This document shows, piece by piece, positions 1 to 6,286 of a stretch of DNA of 6,286 nt. Position numbers and translations under genes: made by a program. The notes under the pieces are model-generated. The model saw only the letters and a list, made by a program, of their open reading frames with translations. It was not told the origin of the DNA and did not search any database. Position 1 is the first letter of the stretch, and every line of letters starts with the position of its first letter. This DNA comes from Octopus sinensis. Lineage: Eukaryota. The stretch covers positions 1 through 6,286 of the forward strand of contig NW_021829395.1 of assembly GCF_006345805.1 (NCBI RefSeq), given 5' to 3'.

Positions 1-96
1 CATTAATTCATATATACTTGCTTTCTTGTGATCTGCCTTGCATTCACTTCACATTGATCTGACCTTATCCATGATCCTTTACACAATATACATCTT

Positions 97-258
97 ATAT
101 ACGACTGGATTCTTTCAGTTTCTGTCTACAATATCCACTCACAAGGCTTTGGTTGGACATGTGGTATAGCAGAAGACTCTTGACTAAGGTGCCTTGCAGT
201 GTGCTTGAACTTAAAACCATGTGATTGAGAAGCTAATGTCTTACCCCACAAAGATGCC
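97..258 (-). mobile_element. SINE family A, decayed 5' half (tRNA-like head plus CORE-like region)
   Basis: Aligns by eye to 621-791 with many substitutions (ttctttcagtttctgtctac, ccactcacaaggctttggt, tatagcagaagac, aaccatgtg). The 3' half is absent. Confidence 0.8.
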
Positions 259-274
259 CATATATATTTCATTT

Positions 275-290
275 TCTCTCTCTCTCTCTC
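275..290. repeat. (TC)8 microsatellite
   Basis: tctctctctctctctc read directly. Confidence 0.9.
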
Positions 291-365
291 CCACTTCATT
301 GCTTGTTCTTTGTGTTTCTTAAAAGAAAAAAATGCTTCAAAAAACCGTATTTCACTTGAAAGCAT

Positions 366-583
366 ACTCTCTTTCACTCTTTTACTTGTTTCAGTCATTT
401 GACTGCAGCCATGCTGGAGCACCGCCTTTTTTTAGTCGAGCAAATCGACCCTGGGACTTATTCTTTTTGTAAGACCAGTACTTACTCTATTGTCTCTTTT
501 TGCCGAACCGCTAAGTAACGGGGACATAACACACCAGCATCGGTTGTCAAGCAATGGTAGGGGGAGAAACACAAACACACCAC

Positions 584-625
<42 letters not shown>

Positions 626-791
626 TACGACGGGCTTCTTTCAGTTTCCGTCTACCAAATCCACTCACAAGGCATTGGTCGGCCCGAGGCTATAGCAGAA
701 GACACTTGCCCAAGATGCCACGCAGTGGGACTGAACCCGAAACCATGTGGTTGGTTAGCAAGCTACTTACCACACAGCCACTCCTGTGCCT
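366..791 (-). mobile_element. SINE family A, near full length (tRNA-derived, CORE-like domain, internal microsatellite)
   Basis: On the - strand: Pol III A-box-like TGGCTGTGTGG (780-770) and B-box-like GGTTCAGTCCC (737-727). A CTTGGGCAAGTGTCTT motif resembles the MIR/CORE domain. The tail ends in a short GTAAAAGA-type repeat. Three further near-full copies are present in the window. Confidence 0.93.
589..618. repeat. (AT)15 microsatellite inside SINE A
   Basis: Pure AT run at the position where the other A copies carry shorter mixed CA/TA tracts. Confidence 0.95.
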
Positions 792-897
792 ATGTTCATA
801 TATATTCGAAGGTGGGTGACAATGATTGCATCAGTTAACAACAGTCTATGTTTTGATTATTATTACCTCATACACCATGATGAAATAGACTACGCCA

Positions 898-1224
898 GTG
901 CATGGCTCAGTGGTTAGAGCATCGGACCCACAATTGTGAGATAGTGATTTCGATTCCTGGACCAGGCTGTGTTGTTTTCTTGAGCAAGACACTATATTTC
1001 AAGTTGCTCCAGTTCACTCAGTTGCAGAAATGAGTTGTGATGCACTGGTGCCAAGCTGTATTGACCTTTGTCTTTCTCTTGGACAACATTGGTGGCATGG
1101 AAAGGGGAGGCTGGTATGCATGGGCGACTGCTAGGCTTCCATAATCAACTATGCCCAGACTTGTGCCTCTAAAGGGTAACTTTCTAAGTGCAATCTCGTG
1201 GTCATGCATGACTGAAGGCAGTCA
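898..1224 (+). mobile_element. SINE family B (tRNA-Lys-like head, V/CORE-like central motif)
   Basis: A box TGGCTCAGTGG (903-913) and degenerate B box ATTTCGATTCC (947-957). The head GCTCAGTGGTTAGAGCAT resembles tRNA-Lys GCTCAGTCGGTAGAGCAT. Contains TTCTTGAGCAAGACACT. Colinear with 3403-3667 plus 4098-4170. Confidence 0.88.
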
Positions 1225-1340
1225 TTTTACTGCAATTCGCACTTCATTCAGAAGATAGGACCAAGTAGGTCTAACAAAGTTAAATTAAACCAAACTAAAC
1301 CAAACAAAATACTTAATATTGTATTTGTATGTATATATAT

Positions 1341-1739
1341 ACTCTTTACTCTTTTACCTGTTTCAGTCATTTGACTGCGGCCATGCTGGAGCACCGCCTT
1401 TAATCGAGCAACTCGACCCCGGGACTTATTCTTTTGTAAGCCCAGTACTTATTCTATCGGTCTCTTTTGCCGAACCGCTAAGTGACGGGGACGTAAACAG
1501 ACACCAGCATCGGTTGTCAAGCAATGCTCGGGGGACAAAAACACACAAACATACACGCACACACATATATATATACATATATACGACGGGCTTCTTTCAG
1601 TTTCCGTCTACCAAATCCACTCACAAGGCATTGGTCGGCCCGGGGCTATAGCAGAAGACACTTGCCCAAGGTGACACACAGTGGGACTGAACATGGAACT
1701 GTGTGGTTGGTTAGCAAGCTACTTACCACACAGCCACTC
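1341..1739 (-). mobile_element. SINE family A, near full length (about 10 nt missing at the 5' end)
   Basis: Colinear with 366-791. It stops at cagccactc where the other copies continue ctcctg(t/c)(g/a)cct. Confidence 0.93.
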
Positions 1740-1908
1740 ACGGTGAAACTGCATGGACAGCCATCATTCCAGAATTGTTTGGGCTGTGCCTTCTAAGCCA
1801 GTCTATCGTGCATTGTCCTTTTCTGCCAGCTTATTCATTGAGACCATATGTTATCGTCCACTTGTTCTGCCCTTAGACATTTTGGCTTTTTTTTTCTGAG
1901 AAATATAT

Positions 1909-2135
1909 ATTTCTTTATTGCCCACAAGGGGCTAAACACAGAGGGGACAAACAAGGACAGACAAACGGATTAATTCAATTACATCGACCCCAGTGCATAA
2001 CTGGTACTTAATTTATCGACCCCGAAAGGATGAAAGGCAAAGTCGACCTCGGCGGAATTCGAACTCAGAACGTAACGACAGACGAAATAAGGCAACGCAT
2101 TTCGCCCGGCGTGCTAACGATTCTGCCAGCTCGCC
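1909..2135 (-). mobile_element. SINE family C, full-length monomer with TSD
   Basis: Flanked by a perfect 11-bp direct repeat GAGAAATATAT (1898-1908 and 2136-2146). The - strand head has an A-box-like TGGCAGAATCG and a B-box-like GAGTTCGAATTCC. Homologous to 3668-4079. Confidence 0.92.
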
Positions 2136-2288
2136 GAGAAATATATTCTGCGCTCAAAGGATTATAGCAACTGAATATTGCCATAGATAAAAGAGATGAG
2201 GGGGAATTAGAGGATGCAAAGTGCAACAGAATAATGCGAGTGCAAAGACCTTCTATGACCTTAATTTAGTCAATACAGATTGGTTTCC

Positions 2289-2675
2289 TTCATCATCCTG
2301 TGTTTTGCCCCGTTAACGAGGGTGGCCAGATCTACCTCAATGCCATAGCAACCACCATCACACCATCTCGCCATCTTGCCCAGTTTTAGGCATCCCCTCC
2401 CTTTTCAAGCCAACCCTCTTCCACCTGTCTCCTCCATGTTTTCCTTGGTCTACCTCACTTTCGCTGTCCATTTACCTCAAACTCTAGCACCCTCCTCAAC
2501 ACATGCTCCTCATACCACTGCACTCCATTCGCCCTCTCCAGCATCCCCATCAAGTCCTCAGTCCTCCTCAAGCAGCCTCACACCACACATTTCTCTCATC
2601 TTTGCTCTCTCTCAGTCCTTCTCAAAATTGCCAATCATCTCATCTGTGAAGTTCAATGTGTCCCATGTCTTCATG
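2289..2675 (-). mobile_element. RTE-clade LINE, decayed 3' fragment (ORF C-terminus plus short 3' UTR)
   Basis: Minus-strand translation gives AILRRTER (2631-2608), a 2-nt GA slip, AKMREMCGVRLL (2605-2570), then ANGVQWYEEHVLRRVLEFEVNGQRK*GRPRKTWRRQVEE (2532-2416) and GDA*NWARWRDGV. This matches the RTE C-terminal pattern ER.M.R.MCGV / W.GHV.RR / G.R.RGRP..TW / DA.NR..WR. It has stops and frameshifts and ends in a short GATGATGA-like tail. Confidence 0.88.
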
Positions 2676-2719
2676 ATCCCTTTTCTTTTGCATTTTCCAT
2701 CCACATAGAGCAATAGAGT

Positions 2720-3024
2720 GGAGGCACAATGGCCCAGTGGTTAGGGCAGCGGACTCGAGGTCATAGGATCGCAGTTTCAATTCCCAGATCGGGCGTTGTG
2801 AGTGTTTATTGAGTGAAAACACCTAAAGCTCCACAAGGCTCCGGCAAAGGCTGGTGACGATCCCTGCTGTACTCTTTCACCACAACTTTCTCTCACTCTT
2901 TCTTCTGTTCGCCTGCTCAGCCAGCGGGGTGACGTCATTTGAAGGCTAAAACAATGTGAAGCACATTGTGACCAGCGATGTGTAGCAACATCTGATAGCC
3001 TGGTCGGTCACGTGATCATGTGAT
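2720..3024 (+). mobile_element. SINE family D (tRNA-Arg-like head)
   Basis: A box TGGCCCAGTGG (2730-2740) and B-box-like GTTTCAATTCC (2774-2784). GGACTCGAGGTCATAGGATCGCAGTTTCAATTCC resembles the tRNA-Arg anticodon/T arms. Candidate TSD AGCAATAG at 2709-2716 and 3027-3034. Single copy in the window, so the 3' boundary is less certain. Confidence 0.8.
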
Positions 3025-3042
3025 ATAGCAATAGGTACTTCT

Positions 3043-3122
3043 ATACACATACACACACACAGACACATATACAGATGCATAAACATAGGTATAAATATGC
3101 ACATACACATACAAACACACAT
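3043..3122. repeat. Degenerate (CA)n/(TA)n low-complexity tract
   Basis: tatacacatacacacacacagacacatat...acatacacatacaaacacac. Confidence 0.85.
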
Positions 3123-3302
3123 TAATATGGAGAACATCTACAATTGTTATATTCCAAACATTTATGCAAATTGCTTATGGAAACCTGAAGGCAAAACAAT
3201 ACAAAATATTACAATATTTTATATACAGATATTTGTGAGGGCATGTCAGTGTTCATATGCAAATACACAGCAGTGAATATGTGTGTATGTTTGATATATA
3301 TA

Positions 3303-3395
3303 GGGAGAATTCATGAAAAAAACAAAAGACGAAGACAGGTGGTGTAGAAAACAAACAGATGTATTAGTATAACACTCAGGAACTGAAAAAGTCTT
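3303..3395 (-). mobile_element. Possible Penelope-like terminal-repeat fragment (tentative)
   Basis: Recalled resemblance only, to a cephalopod repeat that normally adjoins a hammerhead-like motif. Single copy here and no catalytic core is present. Confidence 0.25.
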
Positions 3396-3402
3396 ATGCT
3401 GT

Positions 3403-4170
3403 GAAGGTGCATGGCACAGTGGTTAGAGCATTGAGCCCACAATCGTAAGTTTGTGAGTTTGAATCCTGGACTGGGCTGCGTATTGTGTTCTTGAGCAAGA
3501 CACTTTATTTCACGTTGCTCCAGTTTCACTCAGCTGTAGAAATGAGTTGCGATGTCACAGGTGCCAAGCTGTTTCGGCCTCTTTGCCTTTCCCTTGGATA
3601 ACATCGGTGACGTGGAGAGGGGAGGCCGGTATGCATGGGCGACTGCTGGTCTTCCATAAAATAACCTATTTCTTTACTACCCACAAGGGGCTAAACACAG
3701 AGAGGACAAACAAGGACAGACAAACAGATTAAGTCGATTACATCGACACCAGTGCATAACTGGTACTTAATTCATCGACTTCGAAAGGATGAAAGGCAAA
3801 GTCGCCTTGGCGGAATTTGAACTCAGAACATAACGGCAGACAAAATACCTATTTCTTTACTACCCACAAGGAGCTAAACACAGAGAGGACAAACAAGGAC
3901 AGACAAATGGATTAAGTCGATTATATTGACCCCAGTATGTAACTGGTACTTATTTAATCGACCCCAAAAGGATGAAAGGCAAAGTCGACCTCGGCGGAAT
4001 TTGAACTCAGAATGTAGCGGCAGACGATATACCACTAAGCATTTCGCCCAGCATGCTAACGCTTTAGCCAGCTTGCCGCTCTTCCATAAAACAACCTTGC
4101 CCGGACTTGTGCCTGGGAGGATAACTTCCTAGGTGCAATCCCATGGTCAGTCATGACCGAAGGGGGTCTC
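3403..4170 (+). mobile_element. SINE family B, interrupted by a family C dimer (host segments about 3403-3667 and 4080-4170)
   Basis: A box TGGCACAGTGG (3412-3422) and B-box-like AGTTTGAATCC (3456-3466). Removing 3668-4097 restores colinearity with 898-1224 (cttccataa..caac..tgccc.gacttgtgcct). Confidence 0.9.
3668..4079 (-). mobile_element. SINE family C tandem dimer (full unit plus head-truncated unit) nested in SINE B
   Basis: Two units about 183 bp apart (cctatttctttactaccc at 3665 and 3848). Only the 4034-4079 end carries the A-box half of the head. Flanked by TCTTCCATAAAA (3650-3661 and 4080-4091), extendable to 18 bp with 1 mismatch. Confidence 0.92.
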
Positions 4171-4187
4171 CTAGTGAGCATGTACAA

Positions 4188-4250
4188 CAGAGATTCTCAA
4201 CTATTTTCCTTCGATGGATTCCATTAGTTCTTATTTTACTCTGATGGCCC
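4188..4250 (+). mobile_element. Possible solo hAT-like DNA-transposon end (tentative)
   Basis: CAGAGATTCTCAAC (4188-4201) resembles the CAG(G/T)GGTTCTCAAC termini of hAT/Charlie-type elements. No matching opposite TIR or 8-bp TSD was found in the window. Confidence 0.3.
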
Positions 4251-4459
4251 CTCAATAACGTTCAATGATTAGAAAGTCCAATTATATTTTTATTAACAGC
4301 TAATACACTGCGCGACACAATTTTTGTTCTTGGACAGCAACTTTTCTTCCTATTCATTTACCCCCAGAAATTATTAAAAAATGGGACATAACAGGAATTA
4401 TTTGTCCACGATGGCATTTTCTTAGAAGCAGGTGTCAACAATATTTTCTGACATTACAT

Positions 4460-4862
4460 ACTCTCTTTTACTGGTTTCAGTCATTTGACTGCGGGCATGC
4501 TGGAGCACCGCCTTTAGTCGAGCAAATTGACCCCAGGACTTATTCTTTGTAAGCCCAGTACTTATTCTATCGGGCTCTTTTGCCGAACCGCTAAGTGACG
4601 GGTATGTAAACACACAAGCATCGGTTGTCAAGCAATGCTAGGGGGACAAACACGGACACACAAACACATAGACACACATATATACATATACATATATATG
4701 ACAGGCTTCTTTCAGTTTCCGTCTATCCACATCCACTCACAAGGCATTGGTCAGCCTGGGCTATAGCAGAAGACACTTGCCCAAGATGCCACGCAGTGGG
4801 ACTGAACCCGGAACCATGTGGTTTGTTAGCAAGCTACTTACCACACAGCCACTCCTGCACCT
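4460..4862 (-). mobile_element. SINE family A, near full length
   Basis: Colinear with 366-791, with the same A/B boxes, CORE-like motif, internal CA/TA tract (about 4650-4700) and tail. Confidence 0.93.
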
Positions 4863-5077
4863 ATTGTCTTGTATGCTGGAAAATATGGTATGTATTATGC
4901 TTAATGTATGCAAACTGTTGACAGGACAGTATTTATCTTGTTATATCATCTCTAGTGATGTGCAACACGATTTTTGTCCTTGGGTTACAACTGTTATTTC
5001 CTATTTGCTTTCTTCTTGAAAGTATGAAAAATGGCTAAGATCACCTTCAGACTTTGTTTTTGTTACATTTATTCAAA

Positions 5078-5481
5078 CTTTTACTTGTTCCAGTCATTTG
5101 ACTGCGACCTTGCTGGAGCACCACTTTTAGTTGAGCAAATCGATGCCAGGACTTATTCTTTGTAAGCCTAGTACCTATTCTATCGGTCTCTTTTGCTGAA
5201 CTGTTAAGTTACGGGGATGTAAACACACCAGCATCGGTTGTCAGGCGATGTTGGAGGGACAAATGCAGACATACAAACATATACAAACACATACATACAC
5301 ATACATATACATATGGACGAAGGGCTTCTTTCAGTGTCCGTCTACTTAGTCTACTCACAAGGCTTTGGTCGGCCTGAGGCTATAGTTGAAGACACTTGCC
5401 CAAGGTGCCACGGAGTGGGACTGAACCCAGAACCATGTGGTTCATAAACAAGCTACTTACCACACAAACACTCCTACACCT
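5078..5481 (-). mobile_element. SINE family A, near full length, more diverged
   Basis: Colinear with the other A copies. The B box is intact and the A box is altered (ccacacaaaca on +). Confidence 0.9.
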
Positions 5482-5640
5482 ATGAAAAGAAATCCCTCTG
5501 AAAAGATTCCCTCTCAACACATGGCTATGATGCTCCCCCACTATTCCTGCACATAATCAGAGATGCACATATTGTCAGACACTAAGGGACATGCTCAAGT
5601 GGTTATGGTCAAACAACCGGCAAGCAATTTTTGTATTTTT

Positions 5641-6035
5641 CAGATTATTTGCTATAACGATGATTCTGCTTGAGTAACTCAGTGCTGAATCTATAAGAAA
5701 TGTAACTGGAAATAGGTCAGTTTCAAAACATCGATGTCCAGGTCGCAAAAGTAAAGTTTGAAAGGAATGGTTACTTGAGATCTCACCTCTCCCTCAAATA
5801 GTTTGATTTCTAGATAGAAGGACACAGGACACAACACTCACTAACCAAAGACAAGCAGATTATTACTGCTGCAACAACTCAGGGCTAAATCTATCTGAAA
5901 TGTACTGGAAAACAGGTCAATTTCAAAATATTTATGTCTAGGTCAGAAAAGCAAAGTTTGAAGGGAATAGTAGTCACTTACTTTGATTTCTAGATAGAAG
6001 CAAATACGAAATAACACTTACTGACCAAAGACAAA
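5641..6035. repeat. Old imperfect tandem duplication, 2 units (about 5641-5855 and 5856-6035)
   Basis: Shared blocks occur in the same order: cagattatt (5641/5856), aactcag.gct.aatctat, gaaatgta, aggtca.tttcaaaa, aaagtttgaa.ggaat, an exact 19-mer tttgatttctagatagaag (5802-5820/5982-6000) and accaaagacaa (5844/6024). Confidence 0.88.
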
Positions 6036-6184
6036 AAACAAAACAATTTTATACTGTGTGATTATGAATTGCATTAAAAATAACGATATTTGGTGTAGTG
6101 TGGAAGTATAAACAGATTATTGCCCATAAATTTTAACAAATCTTATAAAGACCCCAAAAGGCCATATTGGCCCTGGTTGACTGC

Positions 6185-6256
6185 TGGTGAATGAGGAAAT
6201 TCAACGAGATTAATAGTGGAGTCCCACAAGGCTCTGTATTGGGCCTGCTCCACTTC
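6185..6256 (+). mobile_element. Short remnant of non-LTR retrotransposon reverse transcriptase (CR1/L2/Jockey-like)
   Basis: 6215-6256 translates SGVPQGSVLGLLHF, matching the RT motif SGVPQGSVLGPLLF. An out-of-frame LVNE just upstream resembles the usual V.VNG. Homology is lost after 6256. Confidence 0.78.
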
Positions 6257-6286
6257 AGGTGGTTCTTCTACCTTCTCTGCCAGTGA

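Noticed and set aside
898-965. SINE heads (also 727-791, 2075-2135, 2720-2790, 3403-3470) as tRNA genes
   Set aside because: They have A/B boxes but no complete cloverleaf or acceptor stem and no immediate oligo-T terminator, and they run on into repeat bodies.
1741-1880. Weak CR1-like RT similarity on - (DWL.EGTAQT)
   Set aside because: It needs a frameshift and the match is too short to distinguish from chance.
2376-2708. 110-aa Ser/Pro-rich ORF on +
   Set aside because: It is the antisense reading of the purine-rich RTE remnant.
2970-3012. Hammerhead ribozyme in the SINE D tail (hairpin followed by CTGATAG)
   Set aside because: The core reads CUGAUAG rather than CUGANGA, there is no downstream GAAA or stem II, and no NUH site precedes the stem.
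3665-4079. Rolling-circle (retrozyme-like) origin or nested self-insertion for the C dimer
   Set aside because: The 5'-most unit has head sequence that a tail-to-hairpin circle would lack. No displaced head fragment or inner TSD exists, and no ribozyme core was seen.
126-5447. ORFs in the six-frame track as protein-coding genes
   Set aside because: Most overlap SINE copies or microsatellites, and the same peptides (e.g. MSLFAEPLS, YLPHSHSC, RPRKDERQSRPRR) recur because the repeats recur. None resembles a protein family I recognise.
366-5481. CRISPR array or Helitron/HINE interpretation of the recurring blocks
   Set aside because: The repeats are about 400-bp dispersed units with Pol III boxes, not short regularly spaced repeats. 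No TC...CTRR ends or subterminal inverted repeats were seen.
5496-5625. Fragment of another dispersed cephalopod repeat
   Set aside because: Recalled resemblance only; single copy here with no diagnostic ends.
5626-5721. 72-nt cassette exon (tttttgtatttttcag acceptor, AG/GTCAGT donor at 5715/5716)
   Set aside because: All three frames contain stops, and the paralogous unit lacks the pyrimidine tract. A non-coding exon cannot be excluded without RNA data.

Overview
Eukaryotic, AT-rich, non-coding window with no credible protein-coding gene, no RNA gene and no CRISPR array. Roughly half of it is tRNA-derived SINEs of four families, labelled A-D here. A has 4 near-full copies plus 1 decayed half copy, all on the - strand. 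B has 2 copies (+), C has 2 insertions comprising 3 units (-), and D has 1 copy (+). There is also a decayed RTE-clade LINE 3' end, a short CR1/L2-like RT remnant, microsatellites and an old 180-215 bp tandem duplication. The repeats resemble, from memory and not from a search, the abundant Octopus SINEs, so this is probably octopus intronic or intergenic DNA. Most listed ORFs are by-products of these repeats and none is supported as a gene. The most interesting signals concern retroposition mechanics. All three family-C 3' junctions share an AAATA-N2-3-TATTTC inverted motif, including the internal junction of a head-truncated dimer bounded by a single TSD. Different SINE families also share central and 3' stem-loop modules. 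None of this establishes a new biological system; these are testable leads.
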